Shown here one piece after another: positions 49,030 to 58,810 of a DNA stretch of 64,000 nucleotides. The translations under genes were made by a program, and so were the position numbers. Source of the DNA: Longimicrobiales bacterium (GTDB lineage: Bacteria > Gemmatimonadota > Gemmatimonadetes > Longimicrobiales > Gaopeijiaceae). The notes beneath the pieces were generated by a model. It saw nothing but the letters and a program-made list of their open reading frames with translations. It did not search any database and was not told where the DNA came from. Where the stretch lies: the NCBI GenBank assembly GCA_965202805.1, contig OZ241869.1, forward strand, positions 1-64,000. The letters are read 5' to 3'. Within the stretch, counting starts at the first letter, position 1. Each line of letters starts with the position of its first letter.

Positions 49030-49692
49030 CTACCAGCCCTCCGCTCCCATCAGCGGCACGAACGCGCACTCCATGAGCCGTTCCGTGGTCGTCCCGGCGT
49101 GCGTGCGCCGGATGCGCACCAGCTGCTGAATCCGCCGCGACCCGACCGGGATGACCATGCACCCGCCCTCCGGGTGGAGTTGCGCTTCCAGCGTCGGCGG
49201 GGCGGCCGGTGCGGCGGCCGTGACCAGGATCGCGTCGAAGGGCGCTTCCTCCGGCCAGCCCAGGGTGCCGTCACCGGCGCGCACGCGCACGTTGTCGCAT
49301 CCCGCATCCCGCAGCAGCGCGCGCGCTGCCGCGGCCATCCCGGGCAGGCGCTCGATGGTGAGCACCTCCTCGGCGAGGCGCGCGAGAATCGCGGTCTGAT
49401 ATCCGCTGCCGGTGCCGATCTCCAGCACGCGCTGGCCGGGAGACAGCTCCAGCGCCTCGGTCATCGCAGCCACCATGTAGGGCTGGGACATGGTCTGTCC
49501 CCCGGTCAGCGGCAGGGCGCGGTCCTCGTAGGCCATTGCGCGCTGCTCCCGGGGAAGGAAGTGCTCGCGCGGAACGTCGCCCATGGCCGCGAGCACGTCC
49601 TCGCTCAGGATGTTCCTGCGGCGCAGCTGCCTCGCGACCATCCTGGCCCGTCGATCGGCGAACCGTTCCGCTTCGGTCTTCCTCGAGAACAT
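49030..49692 (-). CDS. pcm: Protein-L-isoaspartate O-methyltransferase
   Basis: VPRE.F, AY.D..LP, GQT.SQPY.VA, VLEIGTGSGYQ.A, GDG..GW...APFD.I.VTAA, FVPL. Confidence 0.95.
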   Translation of the reverse strand: MFSRKTEAERFADRRARMVARQLRRRNILSEDVLAAMGDVPREHFLPREQRAMAYEDRALPLTGGQTMSQPYMVAAMTEALELSPGQRVLEIGTGSGYQTAILARLAEEVLTIERLPGMAAAARALLRDAGCDNVRVRAGDGTLGWPEEAPFDAILVTAAAPAAPPTLEAQLHPEGGCMVIPVGSRRIQQLVRIRRTHAGTTTERLMECAFVPLMGAEGW

Positions 49693-49800
49693 GCCCGCCG
49701 GATCCTGCTCGGGTTCTTCATGGAGGCCCGGCCGCCGACCTCGCCACCGCGCTGTTCGATACCGCGGGCGCGAGTCCACCTCCTTCGCGGCCGGCCCCCG

Positions 49801-52479
49801 CTACCGCGACAGCCAGTAGCTGAGCTTAACCATGAAGACGTTGTCGGGCATGACGCCGAAGAGATCGCCGAGGTCGGAGTCGAAGTCGAACCGGCCGGTG
49901 TCGGCAGCGTGATTGCGGCCCTGCGACCAGACCAGGTAGAGCACGGACCCGGGCGAATACTCCCACCTGAGGACCGTGTTCGACCGGAACTGCCTGAAGC
50001 TGAAGTCCGGGTTCCCGAACGACACCGGGCTCCCGTCCAGCTCGGTCAGGTAGCGGCTGTCCTCCGGCCGCACCTCCACCGCCTCGAAGCGGTCGGCGTA
50101 GCGCTCCGCGCGCGGGTCGGACACGCGCTTGAACTCGCCGTAGCTGCCGGAGCCCACGAAGGGCTGCGCATACACCTGCAGCGAGAGGTCGGGCGTGAAG
50201 GCATAGTCGACGCGGGCGGTCAGCCCCACCGTCGTCTGTTGGATGCGCCCGAAGAGGTAGTTGGGCGCGCCGGTGTCGATGCGCCGGACCCACTGGCGGT
50301 CGTCGAGGTTGCGGCTGAGCATGGCGCCCAGGCTGAAGGTCGCCCGCCCCGATGGCCGCACGCTCAGCGTCGGGGCAACGCCGACGGACCACGAATCACT
50401 CTCGGGGCGAACGTTGCCCCAGGAGTTGACGTTGATCCTGACCGGCTTGCGGGCGTCGCTGCCGAATCCCGCCCAGAAGTTGGTCTGGGCCTCGGTCCGC
50501 AGGAGCGGACCCCCTCGCAGCAGGCCGTCGGACCAGGCCTCGAGCTCCTGGTTCACGCCCCCGTATCCGTACCAGAAGTTCTTGAGCTGGAAGTTGACGT
50601 TGACGTTGCCTCCGCTCCCGGCGCGATCCCGGTCGTAATTCCAGACGTTCCAGGCGTTGAGGTTGACGAACCAGTTGCGGAAGGGGCCCTGGGGCGTGGA
50701 GTTGTGATATCCGCCCCAGACCCAGTGCACCAGGTAGTCGGCGTCGCGCTGGTAGCCCAGGTCGTTGACCTCGAAGCCGGGCGTGCGCGTCTGGAACCCG
50801 GTGCCGACGCGCCAGGGGCTGCCCGCGAACTTCATGACCCCGAAGTTGGCCGCACCCCCGCCCAGGCTGGTGCGTCCGTCGTCGTAGCGCACATGCCCCG
50901 CGTCGGGACGCTGGTAGTAGCGGGCCGGCGAGCGCTGGGTCCGCGCGATGGCGTCCGCCGAACCCCGCACATGGGAGCCGAGGACGTACCCCTCGAGCTG
51001 CCACGCGTCGCCCCCGAAGCGGTGCCTGAAATCGACGCCGCCGGTGTACGCCGCCGAGCGGAGACCCAGCTCTTCGGCGACGCCGGCGTTGCGGTTGACG
51101 CTGGTGCCGATGAAGCCCACGGACGAGCGGCCTTCGCCAAAGTCCTTCTGCAGCCTCAGGACCCCCTGGTTGGAGAACGGCTCGACGGGCTGCTGGAAGG
51201 GGTCGCCCGTCGCCGGCGCGACATCGGCGCGCTCCTCGGAGGTGATCGCGTGCAGCGCCCCGATCGACCATCCGCCGGCCGTTTTGCCGGAGAGCTTCCA
51301 GGCGCCCAGAATGGTGGTCTGATCGTCGGTATCCGCGAACCCGCCCTGCGGATCCGCCCATCCCTGGGGCGCGCGCCCGATCCTCCGCGAGTAGAACAGC
51401 GATTCGTTGGCGTTGTCTCCATCACCCAGGGCGATGCCGAAGTTGAAGATGCCCGCGCCCTCGACGAAGAATGGCCGCCGCTCCGGGAAGAAGGTCTCGA
51501 ACGCGGTCAGGTTCACCTGGGCGGGATCCGCCTCGACCTGCCCGAAGTCCGGGTTGATGGTCACGTCCAGGGTGATGTCGGAGGTCACCCCGTACTTGAG
51601 GTCGGCGCCGACCGACCCCAGCGCGTCGTTCCGCCGGTAGAAGGGGTTGGCCTCGTCTCCCGGAGCGCGCCGCAGACGGGCCAGCGAATAGGGCAGGACC
51701 TCCAGCCGCCTCGGCGGATCGAGGTCGCGCAACCCGCGCAGTTCGCCGAAGCGCGACACGATGCCGCCGTCGGCGCGGGTCGTGGGCGCCCACGCCGAGA
51801 GTTCCTCCCGGCGCGCGAGCTGCCGCACGAAGTTGATGCCCCAGGTCTGCTCCTCCCGATCCCGGAAGCGCAGCTGCGAGTAGGGGATGCGGAACTCCGC
51901 GCTCCATCCCGCCTCGTCGCGCGCGGTCGCGACGTCCCAGACCGCGTCCCACCCCGTGTCCTCGCTGGTGTCCTCGAACCGGTAGACGTCCTGCTTCACG
52001 CCGGCGGGGTTGACGGTGAACTGGAAGGCCGTGCGCCGGTCGAAGTAGGAGTCGATGACCACGCCCAGCATATCCGAGTACGACTGCTGGTCGCGCCTCG
52101 TCAGCTGGCTCGCGATCTCGTCCGGGCTGGCGTCATGCGCCCGCATGAACACGAACAGGGCCGCGGCGCCGTACATGACGCGAGCCTCGGTGCGCTGGGT
52201 CGCCGGCTGGCCTTCGTCAGGCTCGAACTGGGTGAACCCGGTGGCGACCGCGGCCGCGCCCCAGGCGGCCTCCTCCATCAGGCCGTCGATCGAGATCTCC
52301 GCATCGGCGACGCGCGTCGCCGGAAGGATCGGCACATTCTCGGCGCCACAGCATCCGGGCACCACCAGCGCGCCCCCCGACGTTGGTCCGGATCCCTGCT
52401 CCTGGGCCTGCATCCCGGCGCCGGAGCCCGCCAGCGCCAGCATCAGCCCGAGCATGCGTCTCATGTATCTCTTCTTCAT
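49801..52479 (-). CDS. DUF5916-like outer-membrane protein with a CBM9-like N-terminal domain
   Basis: Signal peptide; IDG...E..W, W.AEFRIP.SQLRF, WG.N, TINPDFGQVEAD...NL..FE.FFPE.RPFF.E, YSRRIG, terminal K.SYW. Confidence 0.8.
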   Translation of the reverse strand: MKKRYMRRMLGLMLALAGSGAGMQAQEQGSGPTSGGALVVPGCCGAENVPILPATRVADAEISIDGLMEEAAWGAAAVATGFTQFEPDEGQPATQRTEARVMYGAAALFVFMRAHDASPDEIASQLTRRDQQSYSDMLGVVIDSYFDRRTAFQFTVNPAGVKQDVYRFEDTSEDTGWDAVWDVATARDEAGWSAEFRIPYSQLRFRDREEQTWGINFVRQLARREELSAWAPTTRADGGIVSRFGELRGLRDLDPPRRLEVLPYSLARLRRAPGDEANPFYRRNDALGSVGADLKYGVTSDITLDVTINPDFGQVEADPAQVNLTAFETFFPERRPFFVEGAGIFNFGIALGDGDNANESLFYSRRIGRAPQGWADPQGGFADTDDQTTILGAWKLSGKTAGGWSIGALHAITSEERADVAPATGDPFQQPVEPFSNQGVLRLQKDFGEGRSSVGFIGTSVNRNAGVAEELGLRSAAYTGGVDFRHRFGGDAWQLEGYVLGSHVRGSADAIARTQRSPARYYQRPDAGHVRYDDGRTSLGGGAANFGVMKFAGSPWRVGTGFQTRTPGFEVNDLGYQRDADYLVHWVWGGYHNSTPQGPFRNWFVNLNAWNVWNYDRDRAGSGGNVNVNFQLKNFWYGYGGVNQELEAWSDGLLRGGPLLRTEAQTNFWAGFGSDARKPVRINVNSWGNVRPESDSWSVGVAPTLSVRPSGRATFSLGAMLSRNLDDRQWVRRIDTGAPNYLFGRIQQTTVGLTARVDYAFTPDLSLQVYAQPFVGSGSYGEFKRVSDPRAERYADRFEAVEVRPEDSRYLTELDGSPVSFGNPDFSFRQFRSNTVLRWEYSPGSVLYLVWSQGRNHAADTGRFDFDSDLGDLFGVMPDNVFMVKLSYWLSR

Positions 52480-52534
52480 CAGTCCCCTCCCTGGTCACGC
52501 CCGCCCATCCATCGATCGAAGAATCGGCGGCTCG

Positions 52535-52560
52535 TACGACGCCGGGTCCCGGTCGGTTTC
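52535..52560 (-). promoter_or_regulatory. Candidate ECF-sigma promoter (GAAAC-N17-CGTA)
   Basis: Minus strand gaaaccgaccgggacccggcgtcgta, about 55 bp upstream of the DUF5916-like gene; resembles the SigW-type AAC..CGTA consensus. Confidence 0.4.
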
Positions 52561-52664
52561 GCGCGCCGGGCGGCGATGGCTTCAGAGCGGGCTCTGTCGC
52601 CCCGGGAAGGCCGGGCCTAACTTGCTGCCGAGTCCACGAAGCGGCCCGGGAAGGAGAGCACGTC

Positions 52665-53669
52665 ATGACGAGAATCAGGCAGCAGTCGGCCAGTGGGAGA
52701 TCTGCCGGAGAACGCGGATCTGCGAAGAGATGCTCCCGGTACGGGGGCGCCTTGCTCGCCGCCGTCCTGCTGGCGGCCGTCTGGACGGCGCTGCCCCGCG
52801 ACGCCTTCGCGCAGGCCCCCGCAGTCCCCGCGTCCGATCAGGAGGTGGCGCTCGTAACGGGATCGACGTCGGGGCTGGGAACGGAACTGGCCCTGCGGCT
52901 CGGCGCCCGGGGTCATCACGTCATCGTGCACGGACGCAACGAGGAGCGGGGCGCCGAGGTGGTGGACGCCATCAACGCGGAGGGGCCGGGCAGCGCCCGC
53001 TTCTACCGCGCCGACCTGGCTTCGCTCGCGGACGTGCGGCGGTTCGCCGAGACCCTGCTCGCCGACTACGACCGCCTGGACCTCCTCATCAACAACGCCG
53101 GCTTCGGGTCGGCGCCGGACGAGAGGCTGCTGACGGAGGATGGCCACGAGTATCGGTTCCAGGTCAACTACCTCTCCACCTTCCTGCTCACGCACATGCT
53201 CATGCCACGGCTGCTTGACAGCGCGCCGGCGCGCATCGTGAACGTGTCCTCGGGGGCCCAGACGCCGATCGACTTCACCGACGTCATGATCGAGAGGGAC
53301 TTCAGCGGCCGGCGCGCCTACGCGCAGAGCAAGCTGGCCCAGGTGATGTTTACGCACGACCTGGCCGAGGAGCTGGAGGGCACCGGCATCGTGGTCGGCT
53401 CGTTGCATCCGGCCACCTACATGCCCACCGGCATGGTGCGGCGGGCGGGCGTGGAGCCGCGCTCGACCATCGACGAGGGCGCCGACGCCGTGATGCAGCT
53501 CGTGGATTCCGACGACTACGAGAGCGGGCAGTATTTCAGCGGGCTCAGGCCCACCAGGGCCAACGACCAGGCCTACGATGCCGGGGCCCGCACCCGCCTC
53601 AAGAGGCTGAGCCAGGAGCTGACCGGGATTCGCTGCCGGATGGGCCGCTGCCGCTACGTCGGCGGTTGA
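52665..53669 (+). CDS. SDR family oxidoreductase with an apparent N-terminal signal peptide
   Basis: AAGGAG RBS; TGSTSGLG, NNAG, VNYL..F.LT, NVSS, YAQSKLA, HPATYM. Confidence 0.88.
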   Translation: MTRIRQQSASGRSAGERGSAKRCSRYGGALLAAVLLAAVWTALPRDAFAQAPAVPASDQEVALVTGSTSGLGTELALRLGARGHHVIVHGRNEERGAEVVDAINAEGPGSARFYRADLASLADVRRFAETLLADYDRLDLLINNAGFGSAPDERLLTEDGHEYRFQVNYLSTFLLTHMLMPRLLDSAPARIVNVSSGAQTPIDFTDVMIERDFSGRRAYAQSKLAQVMFTHDLAEELEGTGIVVGSLHPATYMPTGMVRRAGVEPRSTIDEGADAVMQLVDSDDYESGQYFSGLRPTRANDQAYDAGARTRLKRLSQELTGIRCRMGRCRYVGG

Positions 53670-53696
53670 CTAACTGGACTTAGGCTAATTAGTCAA
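53666..53696. repeat. AT-rich inverted repeat TTGACTAA...TTAGTCAA between convergent genes
   Basis: 8-bp perfect arms at 53666-53673 and 53689-53696; 11 of 31 bases are G/C. Confidence 0.8.
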
Positions 53697-53738
53697 TGCC
53701 TTCCCGGTTGAACGCCGGGGGAGTTCGCCCACGGACCG

Positions 53739-56162
53739 CTAGAGCAGCGAGTCGAGGTAGAACGCGATCCAGAACCGCCGCGCGGGCCCGTTGAGCCCGT
53801 AGGACACGTCGGCGCGGATGAGCCCGTCGAGGAGACTGCCGCCGACCCCTGCCCCCCAGAGAAGCCTGCCGTCCGCCGGCGGCCGGTCCGTCCCCGGGCC
53901 GTCCGCAGAGCCATCCGGGTCCATCGCGTCTTCGTCGGCATCCGCGGAATAGTACCCGCCAACGTGGCTGGCCCATCCCGCGTCGGTGAAGATGCTCCAG
54001 CCACCGAAGTCGCTGGTGCGGGCGACCTCGACGCGGCCGCGTGCGAACGACGGGCCCCATAGCACCGAAGGTGCGTGACCGCGCAGGGTGCGCGTACCCC
54101 CGAGGAACCACGCCCGCTGGGCCGTCGGCTCGCCGAACGTGGTCCCGCCCGCCAGCTCCACGCCCAGGCGCCACCTCCGCGCTACCAGCGGCACGGCTGC
54201 CCGGAGCGTGGCGCTGGCGCGCGCGTAGGTTGCCGGGTCGCCCGCCCCCGCGGGCCACAGCCGCGCCGCGTGTCCGTAGAGCTCGACCCCGATCTGCGTC
54301 AGGAAGGGGTCGGTCCCGCGCCAGGGCGAGAGCCGCACCTCCGCTCCCAGCTCGTCGACTCCGTCGGCCGCCAGGTTGGGCCGGAAGTCCCAGTCGTCGG
54401 CGAGCATGTGAAAGAGGGCAAACCCCGCTTTCCGCTCCAGCGTCGACTGGCGTTCCGCGTAGGCCCGGACCTCGAAGGACTGCCGCGCGTCAGCCGGAGG
54501 ACGCCAACTCAGGTCGGCGCCCAGCGCCTGGTAGTACTCGCCCTCGTCGCGTCCCAGGAACAGGGCGTTCAGGGAATTGCCGAACCCCAGGTTGCCGGCG
54601 CGCGGATTGGCGGACGCCAGTTCGCGGTACACCCCGAGCTTCATCCGGCGCCGGCTGGTCTCGCGTTCGATGTCGAAGCGCGCCCTGGGCTCGAGATCGG
54701 AGAGTCCCAGGAAGGCCGTCGCGTCCAGCCTGTAGGACCCGGAGACGGCGGTCTCGAAGTTCACCCCGGCCGCCAACCCCTCGACCCGGTTGTAGCGCAC
54801 CAGCCCCGGACGGCCCCATCCCCAGTCGAGGGACCAGGGGATTCCGGGCACGTCGGGCGTTGGGAGACGGGCGAGGCTCTCCACGTAGTCGCCGATCCGT
54901 TCGTCCGACGGGAATCCCGTGGCTTCCTCCCAGATCGGCGGTGGGAGTTCCGGGCTGGTCGCCACCAGGCTCCGTTCCCGCGGCGCGATGATGAACGCAT
55001 CCCGCTCAGCCGCGAAATCGTCCTCCTCGGCGCTCTCGTACTCGACGCCACCCTCCCGCGACAGCAGTTCGGCGACGAACGCCATGGCTTCGTCGCGCGT
55101 CTCGAAGTGCCGTTCGACGAGTTGCGGGGTCTCGTCCGGCTCGGGCGGAGCAACCTCCGTCCGCGCAGCTTCCCGCCGGGCCGCCTCGAGCCGCTCGATA
55201 TCCTGGCGCGTCGTCACCGACTCCATCTCGTACGCAATATCGAAGTTGACCGGGAACTTGAGGATTCCGGCACGGGCGAGTCCCTCCATCCGCATGTACA
55301 GGGGCAGCCAGACCTCGAAATTCCAGAGGCTGTAGTCGATGGCGATCATGGAGAGATCGAAGGTCCAGGGTTTCAGCAGGCCGGGTACGTATCTGAACGA
55401 ACCCTCCTCCTCTTCCTCCTGGAGATCGGCAAGGTCGCGGATGGCGTCGAACTCGCGGCTCAGCCGGTAGACCGCGCGGACCAGCGCGCCGGATTCCGGC
55501 TCGATCCAGAGCGTGCCCACGATGCGATGGGCGTCCGCTTCGCGCGGAAGCACGTCGAGCTGCACGGTGCGAAGACGGCGTTCGTCGGGGAGCGAAAGGG
55601 TCAGGGTGTCCCCGCTCGCGTACCGGTACACGCTGTCGGCGCCCTCCGCCAGCGGATGCTGGATCCTGAAGTCGTCGTCGGGCTGCTCCTCCGGATCGGA
55701 CCATCCCAGCATGAGGCGGTCGTCACCGGGGTCGAAGGGTTCGTCGAAGGCGAGGTCGTCGAGCCACTCCAGGTCGCCTTCGCTGCGCGCCGTCGCCTGC
55801 CCCGGATACTGGGATTTCGCGCCCAGCACCTGCACCACCGCGTCGTATTCGTGATCCCAGAAGGCGCGCACCGCGGTTTCGTCCCGGTAGAGGACGCGGT
55901 CCTTGAGCGGGGCCCGGATCCTGGCCGCCATCCTCTGCCGGATCACCGCCTGGTAGCGCAGAACCGACTGTTCGACCGACTTCCAGTTCGCGTGGGCGGC
56001 CTCGAAGATCGCGCGCGCGGCCGGGTCGGCGAACGCGTCGTCGGCGAATTGCGCGGGCTCGGCATCCGTCTCCTGCCCCGATGCCGGGACGGCGAGCGCG
56101 CCAAGCAGCGGCAGGGCCAGGCTCGCACACGCAAGGCCGCGAACGGCGCCTCGCCCGTTCAT
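53739..56162 (-). CDS. Hypothetical outer-membrane protein with a C-terminal beta-barrel-like region
   Basis: Signal peptide; RYNRVEGL, LGG..TLRG, FTDAGW, GVGGSLLDG..R.D; alternating strands at the C-terminus; ATGA-coupled to the upstream gene. Confidence 0.7.
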   Translation of the reverse strand: MNGRGAVRGLACASLALPLLGALAVPASGQETDAEPAQFADDAFADPAARAIFEAAHANWKSVEQSVLRYQAVIRQRMAARIRAPLKDRVLYRDETAVRAFWDHEYDAVVQVLGAKSQYPGQATARSEGDLEWLDDLAFDEPFDPGDDRLMLGWSDPEEQPDDDFRIQHPLAEGADSVYRYASGDTLTLSLPDERRLRTVQLDVLPREADAHRIVGTLWIEPESGALVRAVYRLSREFDAIRDLADLQEEEEEGSFRYVPGLLKPWTFDLSMIAIDYSLWNFEVWLPLYMRMEGLARAGILKFPVNFDIAYEMESVTTRQDIERLEAARREAARTEVAPPEPDETPQLVERHFETRDEAMAFVAELLSREGGVEYESAEEDDFAAERDAFIIAPRERSLVATSPELPPPIWEEATGFPSDERIGDYVESLARLPTPDVPGIPWSLDWGWGRPGLVRYNRVEGLAAGVNFETAVSGSYRLDATAFLGLSDLEPRARFDIERETSRRRMKLGVYRELASANPRAGNLGFGNSLNALFLGRDEGEYYQALGADLSWRPPADARQSFEVRAYAERQSTLERKAGFALFHMLADDWDFRPNLAADGVDELGAEVRLSPWRGTDPFLTQIGVELYGHAARLWPAGAGDPATYARASATLRAAVPLVARRWRLGVELAGGTTFGEPTAQRAWFLGGTRTLRGHAPSVLWGPSFARGRVEVARTSDFGGWSIFTDAGWASHVGGYYSADADEDAMDPDGSADGPGTDRPPADGRLLWGAGVGGSLLDGLIRADVSYGLNGPARRFWIAFYLDSLL

Positions 56163-57475
56163 CGTTCGTTCTCCGGTCCGGCATCCGGCGGGCCGGGCCG
56201 AAAGCGGACCTCCCGGATGTCCTCCCACGGGATAAGTCGCCAGGCCGTGTCGCCCGTCGCGCCGGCGCCTCGCGGGCCCGACGCGACCATCACGCCCTTG
56301 TTGTCCGGATCGACATCCCGGGATCCGCTCAATTCCAGCGTGCGTCCGTCGGCGAGCGTGACGATGGCTCCATCCTCCTCCAGGGGCGCGATGCGCTGGA
56401 CGAATCCGAACTCGATGCCGTACCTGACACCATCGGATTCTCCGTTCAGGATCTCCCAGCTCCCGGCTTCGTCCGCGTCCCAGCGCAGCTCGCCTTCGAG
56501 CTCCCCTTGCTCGCGGGTCACGACGGTGCCGAAGAGAAGGCGACCGCCGTCGAACTGCCCGTACTCCCCGCTGCCGCCGGCGGGCTCGTGGAAGCGCACC
56601 CGCTCCAGCCGTTCCCAGGGGACCACCACAACCCCGAGTTCCGGATCGGCGATCTGCACGCCGCGGTTGCCGTCGGCGACATCGTTTCCGCCCCCCAGGT
56701 CCATTGTCTCACCCGCCCAGAGTTCGACCCGCGTGCCACCGGGGATGCGCGTCAGCGAGCGAATGCGCTCGAAGCGGACCTCGCGGTCGTTCGGGCGCCT
56801 CATCTCTTCGCCGTCCAGCACGTCCGATTCAAGGACTTCGTCCTGATCCCATGCCAGAAACCCGGTGAACCGATTGCCGCTCCGGTCCTCGACGGTGCCG
56901 TGCAGCCGGCGTGCTCCGGCAACCGCGTCCGGTGGCGGCTCCGAGAAGACCACCCGCTCGAGTTCGTCCCAATCGAGTTCGACCTCCGTGCCCCGAGGCT
57001 CATCCAGCACGACCTGGCGCAGGGAGGAGCCCAGGTTGCGGTCCCGGGCCTCCATCTCGTAACGCCGCCCCGAGCGCAGGATGAGCTCGACGCGGTCGGA
57101 GGCCAGGACGACCAGCGAATCCAGCTGCCCGAAGCGAACCCCGGAAAGCACCTGCATCGGAAAATCGGGGTCGACCTCGTACCAGCTGATGCGATGGCCG
57201 CGCAACTCGATGGTGCGTGTGGCGCGTTCCCTGTCGTGCGCTTCCAGCCAAGCGAAGTAGTTCTCGTCGGGAAGCGTTCTGGCTCCGTCGAGGACATCGG
57301 CCCAGCTGGCCTCCTTCCGGTCCCAGCGAATGAAGCCGGTATGCACTTCGCCCTCGGTGGTGTGCACCCGGCCCCAGATGCGGTCCGCGCTCTGGGCGGA
57401 CGCGGGCGCCGCGGGAAATGTGACGAAAACGAGGGTCCAGCAGAGGAGCGTCCAGCACTTCGCTTGTGGATGCAT
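56159..57475 (-). CDS. Secreted hypothetical protein with three internal repeats
   Basis: Signal peptide ending ASA-Q; three copies of xxG.V....G....G...WD..E.....L(D/N)G. Confidence 0.75.
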   Translation of the reverse strand: MHPQAKCWTLLCWTLVFVTFPAAPASAQSADRIWGRVHTTEGEVHTGFIRWDRKEASWADVLDGARTLPDENYFAWLEAHDRERATRTIELRGHRISWYEVDPDFPMQVLSGVRFGQLDSLVVLASDRVELILRSGRRYEMEARDRNLGSSLRQVVLDEPRGTEVELDWDELERVVFSEPPPDAVAGARRLHGTVEDRSGNRFTGFLAWDQDEVLESDVLDGEEMRRPNDREVRFERIRSLTRIPGGTRVELWAGETMDLGGGNDVADGNRGVQIADPELGVVVVPWERLERVRFHEPAGGSGEYGQFDGGRLLFGTVVTREQGELEGELRWDADEAGSWEILNGESDGVRYGIEFGFVQRIAPLEEDGAIVTLADGRTLELSGSRDVDPDNKGVMVASGPRGAGATGDTAWRLIPWEDIREVRFRPGPPDAGPENER

Positions 57476-57518
57476 CGCTTGCCTGGCGGGGGAATGGGTT
57501 CGGGACGGCCTTGTGTGA

Positions 57519-57545
57519 TACGATTCCGCGGGGGCGCCGGGTTCC
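57519..57545 (-). promoter_or_regulatory. Candidate ECF-sigma promoter (GGAAC-N18-CGTA)
   Basis: Minus strand ggaacccggcgcccccgcggaatcgta, about 45 bp upstream of ATG 57475. Confidence 0.35.
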
Positions 57546-57630
57546 GGCGCGTCCTGGCCCGGGTGCGTAGATTGCCCGCATGGCTGCCGGGAATCGCGCC
57601 GCTGGCAACGCACACAGGAGGAGCGCCGAC

Positions 57631-58728
57631 ATGGGCAACGCACATCGAGCCGGCTGGGCTCTTTCGGTCATTCTTGCCGCGTCCCCCGGGCTGGTCGGTG
57701 GCGCGCTCAGCGCCCAGACCAGCGCCGCGCACCCGTACCGGGCCACCCTGGGCTGGGAACAGCTCCCGGGGGGCCGGACGCTGGGGATTGTGAGCGGGGC
57801 CATCCCGGACCCGGATGGCGAGCACCTGTGGATCCTGGACCGCTGCGGCGCCAACCAGTGCGCGGGCACCGACATCGACCCGATCCTCAAGTTCGATCTG
57901 GAGGGCAACCTGGTTGAGAGCTTCGGGGCGGGGCTGTTCGCCTTCCCGCACGGCTTCGCGCTGGACCACGAAGGATACCTGTGGGTGACGGAGGGCGGGG
58001 CGCACGGCGACCCGCGCGGGGCGCTGGGCGAGAGCATGGGGATGGGCCACCAGGTCTTCAAGCTCACCCGTCAGGGCGAGGTGGTGATGCGCATCGGGGA
58101 AGCGGGGGTGCACGGCGACGACGAGACGCACTTCAACGGGCCATCGGGCGTCGCCATATCACTGGAAGGGGACATCTGGGTAGCCGATGGCCACAGGGGC
58201 GGCAACAACCGCATCGTGAAGCTGGCGAGCGACGGGAGTTTCGTGCTGGCGGTGGGAGGCGGAGTGGGGTCGGAGAGCCGGGAGCCGGGGCGCTTCAGCG
58301 ACCCCCACGACATCAAGATCGACTCGCGGGGACGGGTCCTGGTGGCCGACCGCGGCAACAGCCGCATCCAGGTCTTCGACGACGACGGGAATCTGCTCTA
58401 CATCTGGACCCACTTCGGCAAGCCCAGCGGCCTCTTCATCGACAGGGACGACATCCTGTATGCCGGCGACGGGCTGTCGGGCGACCTGCGCACCGGGCCC
58501 CCGGACCCCTGGCGCAGCAACTTCGGCTGGGAGAAAGGCATCCGCATCGGCGACCTCAGGACCGAGCAGGCCTGGGTGACCTGCTTCGTGCCCCAGCACG
58601 ACGTGAACGTGGGGCCGGGGATCGAGTTCCTGGGGGTCGATTTCGGCGGCAACATCTACGCGGGCGAAGTCAACCGCATGCGCCTGGTGCGCTACGTGCC
58701 CTCGCGGCCCCTCCGGGGGGGCTGCTGA
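57631..58728 (+). CDS. NHL-repeat beta-propeller protein (peptidyl-alpha-hydroxyglycine lyase-like)
   Basis: AGGAGGAG RBS; signal peptide; FPHG..D..G.LWVT, FNGPS.VA...GDIWVADG, F..PH.I..D..GRV.VADRGNSRIQVFD. Confidence 0.88.
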   Translation: MGNAHRAGWALSVILAASPGLVGGALSAQTSAAHPYRATLGWEQLPGGRTLGIVSGAIPDPDGEHLWILDRCGANQCAGTDIDPILKFDLEGNLVESFGAGLFAFPHGFALDHEGYLWVTEGGAHGDPRGALGESMGMGHQVFKLTRQGEVVMRIGEAGVHGDDETHFNGPSGVAISLEGDIWVADGHRGGNNRIVKLASDGSFVLAVGGGVGSESREPGRFSDPHDIKIDSRGRVLVADRGNSRIQVFDDDGNLLYIWTHFGKPSGLFIDRDDILYAGDGLSGDLRTGPPDPWRSNFGWEKGIRIGDLRTEQAWVTCFVPQHDVNVGPGIEFLGVDFGGNIYAGEVNRMRLVRYVPSRPLRGGC

Positions 58729-58766
58729 CCCGAGCTCCCGCCGTCTGGACGGGACGTTCGACGGCG

Positions 58767-58810
58767 TTACTGATGTCTACTGACAACTAGACTGACATCT
58801 ACTGATCTAA
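58767..58810. repeat. Four phased ACTGA boxes in an AT-rich patch
   Basis: ACTGA at 58769, 58779, 58791 and 58801 (spacing 10/12/10); 16 of 44 bases are G/C. Confidence 0.8.
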
